From NCBI GenBank assembly GCA_031409495.1, contig JANNXI010000268.1, positions 2,075 through 66,074 on the forward strand: 64,000 nucleotides of DNA, given 5' to 3'. This DNA is from Betaproteobacteria bacterium (GTDB lineage Bacteria; Pseudomonadota; Gammaproteobacteria; Burkholderiales; Usitatibacteraceae). The notes below the pieces were generated by a model that was not told where the DNA came from, did no database searches, and worked only from the letters and a program-made list of their open reading frames with translations. The position numbers and the translations under genes were made by a program. Shown in pieces: positions 1 to 10,304 of the stretch (positions are counted from its first letter, which is position 1; every line of letters begins with the position of its first letter).

Positions 1-1694
1 TTTGCCACCGATCGCAAGCTCACCGCGATTGCCGTATCAGGCGCTGCAAAATCACGCGCGTTATCAACCAATTTGTCGAGCATTTGCACCAGCGCATCGG
101 GCACACACACGCACTGCGCCATCGCCACGCCTGCGTGTTCAAACACCATTTTTTGCTGCGGATAGGCTTGCGCATAGCCTGTAACTGCACCATTTAATAG
201 GTCTACCAAATCAATTTTCTCTTTCTCAGATGTGCTCAAGAACCGCTCTAATTGGGTACCTTCAGACAATCTAGAAATTAAACCTGATAGGCGTGTCACG
301 CCTTCATGGGCGCGATTTACGTAGGTGGTTTGCGCCTCACCTATCTCGCTGGCTTTTAAGTTATCTAACGAGCTACGCACCACAGCTACTGGCGTGCGCA
401 GCTCGTGCGCTAGGCGGCTGCCCATGTTTTCTAAGTAGTGGTTATAGCTTGATAAGCGCGTCATGGTGTTATTTAGTGCGCGCGCTAAATCACCGATTTC
501 ATCGGGGGCGATTAAATCTTTTGCGGTATGCTTATTGTGCTGAAACGATTGTGCGACGTCTAAACGGCCTTGTGCGTCAATGGCGGCATCGGCTTGTCGC
601 GATAGGCGGCGAATGCGTTGCGTTAGGCGCGCGGCGAATAAAAATAGCGTTAAAAAGCCAACCAAAAACACCACGCCGCCAACCAATAGTAGGTTCTGCA
701 GTGCGGTCGTTTTTAACAACGCAATCGCACCCGTGGTTTCTTCCACCACGGCCGCACCTACTATTTCGCCATCAGCCCAGATGGGTTGGGCGGCTGAAAG
801 TATCACGGTTTGTTTATCAATTGCTTGCCGCCATTGGGTGGAACGATTGCCCATCAACGCACGATCGGCCTGCTGCAGCACTGTACTGGCGCGGCTTACC
901 GGGTCATCGCCCACCGGATTTGTGCCAGAACCCGTGAGGGACGGCACCACCCACGACAGCAGCCGATTTAGCCACTCTGGCGGCGTAGGCAGCACGCTGC
1001 CGCTATTGCTACTACTGCCGCGCGCACCGTAAATAACGGGCTGATTAAGACTCATTTTAAAGCTACCGACAAGCGCCCGCACCTTGCCCGTTTTATCGAA
1101 CACCCACATGCGCGAGGCGTCACGTTGCACGTGTTTTAAGATACGTTCAATTTCTTCTGACGGCACATATAAGCTACCCAACTGCGACGCGGCTTCTGGG
1201 TCATCGCTGCCAAACACCGCCAAAATTTGCGCGCGCTCATTTGCAAATTCTGCCGTGATCGTGGGGTGGGCAATCGTGACTGGAGGCTGCACAGCTTGCG
1301 TCGCAACTTCAGGCTGCGGCGTCGATTTAAGTGCTGTTACCTCCACACCTGCGACGGTGCCGTCGCTGGATGGTGTCAACGGCGTTACCAATGCAGGGGC
1401 ACTTTGTGGCTCAGTCGCAATAACATCTGGCACCGCAGTCAGCGGTGCGATAGCCGGCGCACTATTTCTAACTACAGGCAGTGCTCGCCGAGCCAATAAA
1501 TACGGGCGTTCCGACAGCGTTGCCGCGAGCAGACGACTACTATCAGTTAGGCTGCGTTCTTGCGATTCACGCAAAAACGCTTCCATGCTGGTGACAAAAC
1601 GGTAGCCCAAATAGGGAATGAGCAACAGCACCAGCGACACCGCCATTAAGCGGGTGCGGATACTGCTAAAAAAACTATTGGCGTTGATTGCCAT
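1..1694 (-). CDS. sensor histidine kinase; C-terminal end cut by the window edge
   Basis: My own minus-strand translation from ATG at 1694 stays open to position 1. It is absent from the ORF track because it has no stop in the window. It starts MAINANSFFSSIRTRLMAVSLVLLLIPYLGY (TM) and has a second TM (LLLVGGVVFLVGFLTLFLF). It shows an H-box SRLAHELRTPVAVV and an N-box DKLVDNARDF. It begins 5 nt after the response-regulator stop. Confidence 0.85.
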   Translation of the reverse strand, partial: MAINANSFFSSIRTRLMAVSLVLLLIPYLGYRFVTSMEAFLRESQERSLTDSSRLLAATLSERPYLLARRALPVVRNSAPAIAPLTAVPDVIATEPQSAPALVTPLTPSSDGTVAGVEVTALKSTPQPEVATQAVQPPVTIAHPTITAEFANERAQILAVFGSDDPEAASQLGSLYVPSEEIERILKHVQRDASRMWVFDKTGKVRALVGSFKMSLNQPVIYGARGSSSNSGSVLPTPPEWLNRLLSWVVPSLTGSGTNPVGDDPVSRASTVLQQADRALMGNRSTQWRQAIDKQTVILSAAQPIWADGEIVGAAVVEETTGAIALLKTTALQNLLLVGGVVFLVGFLTLFLFAARLTQRIRRLSRQADAAIDAQGRLDVAQSFQHNKHTAKDLIAPDEIGDLARALNNTMTRLSSYNHYLENMGSRLAHELRTPVAVVRSSLDNLKASEIGEAQTTYVNRAHEGVTRLSGLISRLSEGTQLERFLSTSEKEKIDLVDLLNGAVTGYAQAYPQQKMVFEHAGVAMAQCVCVPDALVQMLDKLVDNARDFAAPDTAIAVSLRSVA

Positions 1695-1699
1695 TTAAA

Positions 1700-2389
1700 T
1701 TAAGGCTTCCAGCGATAGCCCATTCCGTACACGGTTTCAATTTCATCAAAGCTTTGATCAACTACTTGAAATTTTTTACGGATGCGCTTCATGTGGGACG
1801 TGATGGTGTTGTCGTCCACCACCATTTCGGCTTCGCGCATCAGTTGATCGCGATTCTTTACGTGACCCGGAAACTTTACCAGCGCGTGAATCATCCAAAA
1901 TTCAGTCACTGTTAAAATCACCTGCTGGTTTTTCCATTCAATATTTAGGCGATTGATGTCGAGCACCAACTCACCCCGCAGCAGCACATCTTCGGCCTTT
2001 CGCGGTTGCGCCTGCGCGTCCACGCGACGAAACAGCGCGGCAATGCGCGCCATTAAATGCGGCAGGCTTACGTCTTTGGTTAAGTAATCATCTGCACCTA
2101 AACGCAAGCCTGAAACCACATCAAAATCACTATCGCGCGCAGATAAAAAAATAATCGGCAAACTGCTCGACAACGCCCGTAAATCGCGGCACAAGGTAAA
2201 GCCGCCATCTATTTCTTGGCCTAGCCCAATATCAATAATTGCCAGTTGCGGCAGCATGGTTTTAAAGCGGGCAAAAGCATCTAGCCGATTAGAGAATGTC
2301 TCAACCGTGTAGCCACTGCGCTTAAGCGCGTCGGCATAGTTTTCACGAATGGCGGCATCATCTTCTACTAGGGCGATATTTTTACTCAT
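1700..2389 (-). CDS. OmpR-family (winged-helix) response regulator
   Basis: Receiver domain MSKNIALVEDD...LAIIDIGL...ADDYLTKD and C-terminal winged helix ...TITSHMKRIRKKF...ETVYGMGYRW. The likely start is the internal ATG at 2389 (MSKNIAL), not the track start at 2443. Confidence 0.9.
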   Translation of the reverse strand: MSKNIALVEDDAAIRENYADALKRSGYTVETFSNRLDAFARFKTMLPQLAIIDIGLGQEIDGGFTLCRDLRALSSSLPIIFLSARDSDFDVVSGLRLGADDYLTKDVSLPHLMARIAALFRRVDAQAQPRKAEDVLLRGELVLDINRLNIEWKNQQVILTVTEFWMIHALVKFPGHVKNRDQLMREAEMVVDDNTITSHMKRIRKKFQVVDQSFDEIETVYGMGYRWKP

Positions 2390-2739
2390 GGCGATTATCT
2401 CAAGAAGTGTTTTGCTTCGATGTATGCAGTGTAGCAAAGCCAATGCCCCAATAAACTGCCACGCAAGCTAAATCATTTTTCTGCCACATTTCGCCAGCAT
2501 TAGCGCAGCATTGACTGTAATTTTGAGCAGATTGCATAGGCTAAATAGCATCTGTTCTAACCCACAACTTTTTCATGAAGGCATCCCATGAACCAAGCCC
2601 CTACTGCAACTTTTAAATTACCGTTTGTTGTTGATGCTGCAAAAATATTGCTTGGTGCTTGTGCTGCAGGCGTGGTGGCGAGTGCGGGTTTAAGTTTAGG
2701 CGTATTGGCATTGGCACAGTAGCGCGGTGCCCAAAAAAG

Positions 2740-2771
2740 CACGAAAAAAGGGCGCATATTAATATGCGCCC
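2740..2771 (-). terminator. rho-independent terminator of the flavodoxin-like gene
   Basis: Perfect palindrome GGGCGCATATTAATATGCGCCC (2750-2771). On the minus strand it is followed by a T-run (the A-run at 2744-2749 on plus). It lies about 40 nt after the stop at 2810. Confidence 0.7.
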
Positions 2772-2809
2772 GAATGACTTGCAACTGCACCTACACAAAA
2801 CCAAAAAAA

Positions 2810-3343
2810 TTAGGCCCGCAATTTTGCGGCTACTGTCAAAACTCGTTTACCGTAGGCTGACGCCGTATCCAAATCACCCTGCGGTATGCTCGCTGCTGGC
2901 TCTTGCGCTCCCACCTGCGCCATCAAACCAGAGTTGGAGCCAATTCGATTGATCGTCCCGTCGTTCATTGCGGGTTGCCCGACCCAAATCATTCCTTGCT
3001 GCATGGCTAGGGTAATGAAATATTGGATAGTGGACAATTTATCGCCGCTTGGACTGGCGGAGATCGTGAATCCACCTGCCACTTTGTCTTTCCACGCGCT
3101 CGTAAACCACCGTTTGCTTGTGGCATCTGCAAATTTTTTAAATTGCCAACTTGCCATGCCCATATAAGTAGGGCTGCCCATAATGATGGCATCAGCGGCG
3201 TCAAGACTTGCCCAATGCGAGTCGGAAATATTACCCTCTGCATCGATTTGAATAAGTTCAGCACCCGCGCCTTGCGCTACAAACTCGGCAACTCTCTGGG
3301 TATGGCCATAGCCTGAATGATATACAACGACAATTTTCGACAT
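2810..3343 (-). CDS. flavodoxin-like NAD(P)H-dependent (quinone) oxidoreductase, WrbA-type
   Basis: MSKIVVVYHSGYGHTQRVAE...IIMGSPTYMG is the flavodoxin-fold FMN-binding signature. Size is about 177 aa. Confidence 0.8.
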   Translation of the reverse strand: MSKIVVVYHSGYGHTQRVAEFVAQGAGAELIQIDAEGNISDSHWASLDAADAIIMGSPTYMGMASWQFKKFADATSKRWFTSAWKDKVAGGFTISASPSGDKLSTIQYFITLAMQQGMIWVGQPAMNDGTINRIGSNSGLMAQVGAQEPAASIPQGDLDTASAYGKRVLTVAAKLRA

Positions 3344-3362
3344 CAAATTTTTCCTAAAATAA

Positions 3363-4064
3363 TTAAGCTGCTAAATCAAACACGATTACCTCTGCGTCTA
3401 CGCCTTCATTCAAAATTAGTGCATTCTCCTGCGCAATTTTTAGCGCATCGCCCGCAGCTAGCGCGACCCCATTTACCAACAGTTGCCCGCGCACGACATG
3501 CACATAAGCAAGCCGCTTTGGGTCTAGCACCAACGAAGCGTTTTCAGCGCCGTCAAACAGCCCCGCATACATGCGCGCGTCCGCCTGAATATGCACGCTG
3601 CCGTCCACGCCGCCCAGGCTTGCAACTAGCCGTAACTGCCCGCGTTTAACGGCGGGTGCAAAAGTTTTTTGCTCGTAACTAGGCGCAATATTGTTGGTAT
3701 TGGGCTCAATCCAAATCTGTAAAAAATGCGTGGTTTTGCCCGGTGCGTGATTAAATTCAGAATGCGTAATGCCGCTGCCAGCACTCATGCGCTGTACATC
3801 ATTTGGCGGAATAGATTCGATATTACCAAGGCTATCTTTATGGCCCACTGCACCTTCCAACACATAGGTGATAATTTCCATATCGCGATGGCCATGCGTA
3901 CCGAAGCCACGTGCAGGCTCAATCTGGTCTTCGTTAATCACACGCAAATTTCCCCAGCCCATATTGGCGGCGTCGTGATAGCCCGCAAAACTGAATGAAT
4001 GGAAACTTTTTAGCCAGCCATGATCTGCATAGCCACGATCCTGCGATTTTCTGACGGTCAACAT
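3363..4064 (-). CDS. pirin family protein
   Basis: RGYADHGWLKSFHSFSFAGY...GFGTHGHRDMEIITYVLEG...THSEFN. The cupin metal-ligand His/Glu pattern is typical of pirins (YhhW-like). Confidence 0.9.
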   Translation of the reverse strand: MLTVRKSQDRGYADHGWLKSFHSFSFAGYHDAANMGWGNLRVINEDQIEPARGFGTHGHRDMEIITYVLEGAVGHKDSLGNIESIPPNDVQRMSAGSGITHSEFNHAPGKTTHFLQIWIEPNTNNIAPSYEQKTFAPAVKRGQLRLVASLGGVDGSVHIQADARMYAGLFDGAENASLVLDPKRLAYVHVVRGQLLVNGVALAAGDALKIAQENALILNEGVDAEVIVFDLAA

Positions 4065-4170
4065 TTTTGGCTTCTCCTTTAATGTCGAAATTTTAACGCC
4101 ACCAAACCATCAAAACAATCTACTATAATTGATGATTACCTTCAAATAATTTGAATAAACAGGATTCCCT

Positions 4171-5142
4171 ATGGTGCAACAAGTTCGCAATTTGCTTACC
4201 CCAGAAACCTTAACCATGCTGCAGGCCATTGCCCGCGAGGGCTCATTGGCAGGGGCTGCGCGGGTGATGGGCTTAGTGCCTAGCGCGGTGACTTATCGTG
4301 TCCGCCAGCTGGAAGAAGGTTTGGATGTATTGCTGTTTGATCGCAGCGCGCGCAAAGCCAGCCTCACAGCTGCAGGGCAAGAGCTTTTAACCGAGGGCGA
4401 CCATATTTTGGCGCAGCTTGAGGCCGTAGCGCAGCGGGTGAAGCGCGTGGCTACTGGCTGGGAGCCAAAGCTAATCATTGCGGTAGATAGCTTAATTTTG
4501 CAGCGCACCTTGCTCGAGTTATGCGAAGCATTTTTTGCCTTAAACCCACCCACGCAACTAAAACTGCAGCGCGAAACCCTCAGCGGTACATGGGAAGCGT
4601 TGGCAGAAGGCCAAGCCGATTTGGCAATCGGCGGGGTAGCCGAACAAACGGCGTCACCAAGCATCCGCATAAAACCGATGGGAGATGTGCCGTTTGTGTT
4701 TGCAGTAGCCCCGCATCATCCGCTAGCACTCGCTACCGAGCCGCTATCGGATGCCACGTTGGCGCAGCACCGCGCGGTAGCCGTAGCCGACAGCACGCGT
4801 CGCGGTAACGGTTTAAGCCTTGGGTTGCTTGCGGGGCAATCTGTGCTCACCGTGTCCGACATGCAAACGAAGCTAGATGCCCAATTGCGGGGCTTAGGCA
4901 GCGGGTTTGTACCGCTTTGCATGGCGCAGCCCTACATTAACAGCGGGCTATTAGTGGCGAAGCAAACCGAACGTGCGGCAAGGATAGTTACCGTGAGCTA
5001 TGCCTGGCGGGCGGCACAAGTAACGCTTAAAAAGTCACAGGCCAAAGATCATCCCCACGACAAAATGCCCGGACGCGCCCTCCAATGGTGGCTAGATCAG
5101 TTGGCCAACAGCACCACCCGCCATGCCTTGTTGCACGCTTAA
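4171..5142 (+). CDS. LysR-family transcriptional regulator
   Basis: N-terminal HTH (LQAIAREGSLAGAARVMGLVPSAVTYRVRQLEE) followed by a LysR substrate-binding region. It is divergent from the pirin gene. Confidence 0.9.
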   Translation: MVQQVRNLLTPETLTMLQAIAREGSLAGAARVMGLVPSAVTYRVRQLEEGLDVLLFDRSARKASLTAAGQELLTEGDHILAQLEAVAQRVKRVATGWEPKLIIAVDSLILQRTLLELCEAFFALNPPTQLKLQRETLSGTWEALAEGQADLAIGGVAEQTASPSIRIKPMGDVPFVFAVAPHHPLALATEPLSDATLAQHRAVAVADSTRRGNGLSLGLLAGQSVLTVSDMQTKLDAQLRGLGSGFVPLCMAQPYINSGLLVAKQTERAARIVTVSYAWRAAQVTLKKSQAKDHPHDKMPGRALQWWLDQLANSTTRHALLHA

Positions 5143-5242
5143 AAATATATTGCTATTGCTTTAACCCGTTTGATGGTCATGCCGCGATTAAGCTACACCA
5201 AGCGCATTTTTAGCGCAATTTCCATCCACTATTGGAGGCAAC

Positions 5243-8200
5243 ATGAACAAAAATAACAAATGGTCACGCAAGCTTTTAGCCATAGTGAGTGCTACGAGTG
5301 TAGCCAGCGCGCTCAGCGTCGTTGGTCTGGTCAGCATTGCCGCCGTACCCTCAGCCCCAGTAGTGCAGCCACTTCCGTCTTTGCTACGTCATACCCCGCC
5401 AGCATTGGGCGATGCGACCGCACCGCCGCGGCGTAAAATAATGCCCAATATTGAAATGCCGCGGCCGCCCATGCTCACTTGGCCGCGCGCGGTTGAAAGT
5501 AACCTATTACCCGCTGAATTAAAGCTTTTACGGGTGGAAGCCAGCGTACAAGGCGGCTTTGCACAAACCACTTACGACATCACGGTAAGCAACCCGAACA
5601 ATCGGCTGATGGAAGGCGAGCTCCAATTTCCGCTACAAGACGGGCAGGACATTATTAGCTTTGCAATGGAAGTAAACGGCGTGTTGCGCGAGGCCATGCC
5701 GGTGGACAAAGCCAAAGGCCAAGCGGTGTTTGAGGACATTGTGCGTCAACGCGTTGACCCGGGCTTATTGGAACGCACTCAGGGCAATAATTTCAAACTA
5801 CGCCTCTATCCAATACCCGCAAACGGTACTAAACGCGCAGTAATTCGCACTGGACAGAACCTACAATCGAGCGCCAACGGCTTGGCGCGTTTTGCCGTGC
5901 CGGTGAGTATTGGCGTTGCCGCGAAGCAGCTAGATGTAGAACTTAAAATTGCTGGCAATACACCAACGCTGTTGATCAATCCGTTCAACGATAAGCAGTT
6001 TGCAACTGCCTTCCGCTACAGCGGCACCAGCGCAGCTGCCGAGGTGCAAGGCACTGTGGTGTTAGATATTCCGGTGTTGCGCACAGCCGCAGCCACGGTA
6101 AGTACATTTGAAGGAAAGCGCTATTTCGTGGCCGACATTGTACTAAATGATGCCTTGGAGAAGCCCGTAAATAGGGCGCTGCCAAGGCATATTGGATTGC
6201 TGTGGGATAGCTCACTCAGTGCATCAAAGCGCAATGTTGCGCGTGAGCTGGCGTTGCTAGACGGCTACTTTGGGAAGATTAAAAATACTGAAATCACACT
6301 CACCATATTTCGCGATGCTGCTGAAACCAAGCAAAAATTTACCGTGCGCGATGGAAATTGGTCGCGGTTGCGCACCGTGCTCGAGGCCGCGCCGCGCGAT
6401 GGCGCAAGCAATCTCCACGCCGTTGATAACGCACAGAGCGTGAGCGAATATCTATTGTTCAGTGATGGTTTGTTCAACTACGGCGCCGCTTTTAATGCCG
6501 CACTACCGAGGTTTAACGCGCAGGTATACGCCGTCAATTCGGCATCTGAGCTCGATAGCGTGGTGCTGCGCCAAATTTCAGAAAGGTCAACTTTGGGCGG
6601 TCGCTTGGTTGATTTAAATAAGCAATCAGCGGAGGATGCCGTAGCGCAATTGATCGAAAAAGTACGCACCGTGCGCGACATTAAAATTAGTGGTGCGAGT
6701 GAAGTTGTGCTGGCATCAAACATCGTAAGTAACGGCAATTTAGTGGTGGCAGGCGTGCTGGATGATTTCGCGGTTAGCACCGCCAATGGCTCAAAAAGCG
6801 CTATTTCTATGGCTTTACAGCTAGATGGTGAAGCGATGCGCAACATCAATGTGCCTGTTACCGTTGACGCGGATAGCGACGGCAGCGCACGGCGTTGGGC
6901 GATGTTGCGGATAAACAACCTAGATGGCGAATATCAGCTTAACCGCGCTGAAATTCGTCGCTTAGGCAATAAATTTGCACTAGCCTCGCGCGAAACATCG
7001 TTAATCGTGCTCGGCACCGTGCAAGACTATGTGCGCCACGACATCACGCCACCGTTAATGCTACGCAAAGAATACGACGCGCTAAAAGCGCAAGGCCAAA
7101 CCGCTGCGCGCGCTGATAGGCAGAAGCATATTGATAACGTGATGGCGCGATTTAACGAGAAAGTGACTTGGTGGGAGCGCACTTATCCAAAATATCCGAT
7201 TAAAGTTGAAGCCGCTAAACGCGACATGCTGGAGCAATCAGCTACCCTAGGCATTCGCGGCTTAAGTGAAGCGGATGCTTCCCGCTCACCACCTCCGCCT
7301 GCATTTGCTCCGCCCGCTTCACCTATGGCGCCCGCAGCTAGAGCGAGCGCCCCAATGGAATCACTTGCCGAAGGCCGGGTAGGAAGCGCTTCAGCATCTA
7401 ATCGTATGGCGCAAAGCCCGCGCGCGGACATGGCTAAAGAAAAAAAGGCAACGACTCAGGGTCAATTTAACGAAACTACTGCGGCTATCACGCTAAAAAG
7501 CTGGCAGCCCAACGCACCGTATTCTGCACGGCTGCGCGAAGCGGAAGGCGATGCTGTCTATCGCGCCTACCTTGATGAAGCGCCGAGTTATAACAACAGC
7601 AGCGGCTTTTATCTGGATGCGGCGGAGATTTTGTTTGATAAAAAACAAACTGCATCGGCGTTACGCGTGCTGAGCAACTTGGCAGAAATGAACTTAGAAA
7701 ACCGTGGTTTGCTCCGCATTTTGGCCCAGCGTCTATTACAGGCTGGGCAACCTAAGTTGGCGATTCCAGTATTGCGTAGAGTGTTGTTGTTAGCGCCGAA
7801 CGAGCCACAATCGTATCGCGATTTAGGTCTTGCTTTAGCTGCGGATAAGCAATATCAGGCGGCCATCAATATGCTGTACGAAGTGGTAGAACGCCCGTGG
7901 CATAACCGTTTCCCAGAGATTGAATTGATTACTTTGGCGGATTTAAACGGCATTTTGGCCACTGCAAATGAGAAGCTTGATGTGAGCCGTATTGATCCGC
8001 GCTTTATAAAGAATATGGCGCTTGATTTACGCGCGGTGCTGACGTGGGATGCCGACAATACCGACATTGATTTATGGATTACTGACCCGCTGAACGAAAA
8101 GGTGTTTTACGGTAATCGCTTCGGGCGTCAAGGCGGCAGGATGAGCTTGGACTTTACTGGTGGTTACGGCCCTGAAGAGTTTTCATTGCGCGAAGCCGCA

Positions 8201-8389
8201 CCCGGCACCTATCGCATCGAAGCCCATTATTACGGTAGCCGCAGCCAAACTGCGAGTGGGCCTACTACCCTGCAAGTTGCGGTAACGACAGGATTTGGAC
8301 GTGGTAATGCGAAGCAAAAAGTGATTACCTTGCGCTTAAAAGACCGTGCTGAAAAAATTTATGTTGGGCAAATTGAAATCGGCAAATAA
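5243..8389 (+). CDS. exported VIT / vWA-like / TPR / DUF2135-like multidomain protein
   Basis: N-terminal hydrophobic signal/anchor. VIT-like segment (VQGGFAQTTYDITVSNPN...FKLRLYPIPANGTKR). vWA-like segment. TPR-like helices (about 7.5-7.9 kb). C-terminal DADNTDIDLWITDP...GGYGPEEF...YRIEAHYYG matches the DUF2135/YfaP-type domain as I remember it. Confidence 0.75.
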   Translation: MNKNNKWSRKLLAIVSATSVASALSVVGLVSIAAVPSAPVVQPLPSLLRHTPPALGDATAPPRRKIMPNIEMPRPPMLTWPRAVESNLLPAELKLLRVEASVQGGFAQTTYDITVSNPNNRLMEGELQFPLQDGQDIISFAMEVNGVLREAMPVDKAKGQAVFEDIVRQRVDPGLLERTQGNNFKLRLYPIPANGTKRAVIRTGQNLQSSANGLARFAVPVSIGVAAKQLDVELKIAGNTPTLLINPFNDKQFATAFRYSGTSAAAEVQGTVVLDIPVLRTAAATVSTFEGKRYFVADIVLNDALEKPVNRALPRHIGLLWDSSLSASKRNVARELALLDGYFGKIKNTEITLTIFRDAAETKQKFTVRDGNWSRLRTVLEAAPRDGASNLHAVDNAQSVSEYLLFSDGLFNYGAAFNAALPRFNAQVYAVNSASELDSVVLRQISERSTLGGRLVDLNKQSAEDAVAQLIEKVRTVRDIKISGASEVVLASNIVSNGNLVVAGVLDDFAVSTANGSKSAISMALQLDGEAMRNINVPVTVDADSDGSARRWAMLRINNLDGEYQLNRAEIRRLGNKFALASRETSLIVLGTVQDYVRHDITPPLMLRKEYDALKAQGQTAARADRQKHIDNVMARFNEKVTWWERTYPKYPIKVEAAKRDMLEQSATLGIRGLSEADASRSPPPPAFAPPASPMAPAARASAPMESLAEGRVGSASASNRMAQSPRADMAKEKKATTQGQFNETTAAITLKSWQPNAPYSARLREAEGDAVYRAYLDEAPSYNNSSGFYLDAAEILFDKKQTASALRVLSNLAEMNLENRGLLRILAQRLLQAGQPKLAIPVLRRVLLLAPNEPQSYRDLGLALAADKQYQAAINMLYEVVERPWHNRFPEIELITLADLNGILATANEKLDVSRIDPRFIKNMALDLRAVLTWDADNTDIDLWITDPLNEKVFYGNRFGRQGGRMSLDFTGGYGPEEFSLREAAPGTYRIEAHYYGSRSQTASGPTTLQVAVTTGFGRGNAKQKVITLRLKDRAEKIYVGQIEIGK

Positions 8390-8427
8390 ACTGTTTTAAT
8401 GCTCGGCTCAACAATGCAGCGTCACAA

Positions 8428-8459
8428 CGCGGAAAAAGTGGTTTTTTCCGCGTTTTTTC
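8428..8459 (+). terminator. rho-independent terminator
   Basis: CGCGGAAAAA-GTGG-TTTTTTCCGCG followed by TTTTTT, about 40 nt after the stop at 8389. Confidence 0.7.
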
Positions 8460-8505
8460 TATACGACCAAGCGCCGCCGCCCCGAAGCTCCGTTACACTG
8501 AGGGG

Positions 8506-9141
8506 ATGGATCAAAAACCACCTGAAGAAGCTTCATTTTTAACAGACGAATCGCTGATGTCGCGCTATATGCGCGGCGAAAATCAAGCTTTTAATTCGCT
8601 CTACACACGCCACAAACCCGCGCTGCTAGGCTTTATCGGGCATTTATGCGTAGGAAAACTACCGCATGAAAAAGTGGAAGAAATTTTTCAAGAAGTATGG
8701 CTAAACTTGATTCAGGGTGCCGAACGCTATGTGCCCAACATCAATGGCGCTAGTTTTCGCACCTATCTCTATACACTGGCGCATCGCCGAGTAGTAGATG
8801 GTTTTAGAGCGGCAGGCGCAACGGCCAAAGTGATTGCCGATGTGCAAGCGTGGGATGGTGAAGATGCAGGTTCTGATTTTGGTTCTAACGTAGCGCAAGG
8901 TATGGCCAGCCGTGTGGATGAACCCGACACACAGGCTGTAGCACAGCAACAAGGTGCGGCAATCATGCAAGCCTTGGCGGCATTACCGGCACCACAGCGC
9001 GAGGCGTTTTTGTTATCAGAAGATGCAGGAATGACAGTAGAAGCCATTGCGCAGGCAACTAACGTAAATGTAGAAACCGCAAAAAGTCGTTTGCGTTATG
9101 CAGTGGCAAAATTGCGCGATGCACTAAAGGATTACCTATGA
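8506..9141 (+). CDS. ECF-type RNA polymerase sigma-70 factor
   Basis: Region 2 (FNSLYTRHKPALLGFI...EEIFQEVWLNLI...FRTYLYTLAHRRVVD) and region 4 (LPAPQREAFLLSEDAGMTVEAIAQATNVNVETAKSRLRYA). Confidence 0.9.
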   Translation: MDQKPPEEASFLTDESLMSRYMRGENQAFNSLYTRHKPALLGFIGHLCVGKLPHEKVEEIFQEVWLNLIQGAERYVPNINGASFRTYLYTLAHRRVVDGFRAAGATAKVIADVQAWDGEDAGSDFGSNVAQGMASRVDEPDTQAVAQQQGAAIMQALAALPAPQREAFLLSEDAGMTVEAIAQATNVNVETAKSRLRYAVAKLRDALKDYL

Positions 9142-10217
9142 TGATTACCGGAGAGACTGTAGTAGCGTCGGCACATTTGCCACCACAGTTACCAGCGCTG
9201 CCGGGCGACGTGAATGACGCCTTGCGTAAGGCCTATGCGAAGTCGAAAACTGCGGTTGAACTACGCCCAGTCATTGACCAAACTATACTCAACGCCGCCC
9301 GCGAAAATGCGCGGCAGTCGATGCCGTTTTACAAAAAAATACCCTGGTACACCCAATTTAGTATGGCAGGTGCTGTGTTTGGCTCGCTTTTTTTAAGCTC
9401 CGTGGTGATCTACAAAACCGTGGTGCATAAGCATGACAAAGGTATTGAAGAGTTAGTCACAGCAGAAGTAGCCGTAAAAACCGAAGAAGCTCGTAAAAAA
9501 GCGCCGATGGTAGTCAGTATTTTGGCGGAGAATGGCGGCGCACCTATCCTTGCAGTGGCTCCCGCAGCGCCTGCTGTAGGTATAGCGGCACCACCACTGG
9601 ATGCGGCCAAGGCAACCCTGATGGCCTCTGCAGAGCCTATGATTCAAGCCAAAGTATTAGCGCAGCCCGCGCCTGCAGCAGCGCTTGGTGCGGTTACTGA
9701 GTCGGCGAAAGTCGTTGCAAAAGCTGATACTACGGCACGCCAGCAAGACCGCATTATTTTGGCTGATGCTGCGCCACTGGCAAACGAAGTGCGTAGTCGC
9801 CGCGCGGACGCTCCGGCAGACTCAAGAGCCGGAACAGTCACACTTTCCGGCTCAAAGAAAGAACTTGAGAAGGCCAAGGAGGCAAAGGAAGTAAGAGAAG
9901 CAAACATCGTTATCGCCGCCGCGGCACCAGCGCCAGCAGCCGTTGCATTGGCGCCGCCAGCACCGACTCCAGTAGTCGCACAAGGCTCAGTAACATCGGC
10001 AACAACGACGTTATCGGCCGCACCCGCAAGAGCTGCCGCACCCGCCATCGGTGCGACAACATCGCCGGCAGAAACCGCACAAGCGTGGCAAGCGCGAGTC
10101 GAAATTTTACAGCGGACTGGTAAAATAGCGCTCGCCAAAACTGAGCTAAAAGCGCTGTTAAAACGCTATCCAGACACCGTTTTGACGAACGACTTAAAAC
10201 GCTTGTTGGCGGATTAA
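9138..10217 (+). CDS. putative anti-sigma factor; single-pass membrane protein with an Ala/Pro-rich periplasmic region
   Basis: ATGA start/stop overlap with the sigma gene. One TM (FSMAGAVFGSLFLSSVVIY). Long low-complexity A/P-rich tail. The function is inferred from position only. Confidence 0.55.
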   Translation: MMITGETVVASAHLPPQLPALPGDVNDALRKAYAKSKTAVELRPVIDQTILNAARENARQSMPFYKKIPWYTQFSMAGAVFGSLFLSSVVIYKTVVHKHDKGIEELVTAEVAVKTEEARKKAPMVVSILAENGGAPILAVAPAAPAVGIAAPPLDAAKATLMASAEPMIQAKVLAQPAPAAALGAVTESAKVVAKADTTARQQDRIILADAAPLANEVRSRRADAPADSRAGTVTLSGSKKELEKAKEAKEVREANIVIAAAAPAPAAVALAPPAPTPVVAQGSVTSATTTLSAAPARAAAPAIGATTSPAETAQAWQARVEILQRTGKIALAKTELKALLKRYPDTVLTNDLKRLLAD

Positions 10218-10231
10218 GGCGAACAATAAGC

Positions 10232-10266
10232 GCCTGAAGACGCCTTTAAATAGGGCGTCTTCAGGC
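10232..10266 (+). terminator. REP-like palindromic element / terminator (family copy 1)
   Basis: GCCTGAAGACGCC-tttaaatag-GGCGTCTTCAGGC, 15 nt after the stop at 10217. The same palindrome recurs at 33184, 35101, 36310, 44868 and 63983. Confidence 0.75.
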
Positions 10267-10304
10267 AAAGTAAAATTGATGCAGCAGTATCTGAGGAGCA
10301 GCAA

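Noticed and set aside
2-1605. Plus-strand track ORFs (2-184, 293-937, 580-1032, 1084-1605, 1227-1499).
   Set aside because: They are shadows of the minus-strand histidine-kinase gene, which reads open from 1694 to the window edge with clear H-box and N-box motifs. Their translations are low-complexity Arg/Ala/Cys-rich.
1-2389. The idea that this kinase/regulator pair is the 'proteobacterial dedicated sortase' two-component system, with the VIT-vWA protein at 5243 as the sortase target.
   Set aside because: No sortase gene is in the window. The VIT-vWA protein has no C-terminal LPXTG-type sorting signal. The resemblance of the regulator is only from memory.
2557-2952. Small ORFs (77, 63 and 97 aa) in and around the 2444-2809 intergenic region.
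   Set aside because: They overlap each other and the terminator palindrome. They have no RBS and no recognisable domains.
9644-10138. A 164-aa minus-strand ORF, Ala-rich.
   Set aside because: It is antisense to the Ala/Pro-rich anti-sigma gene. GC-rich Ala codons generate open antisense frames.
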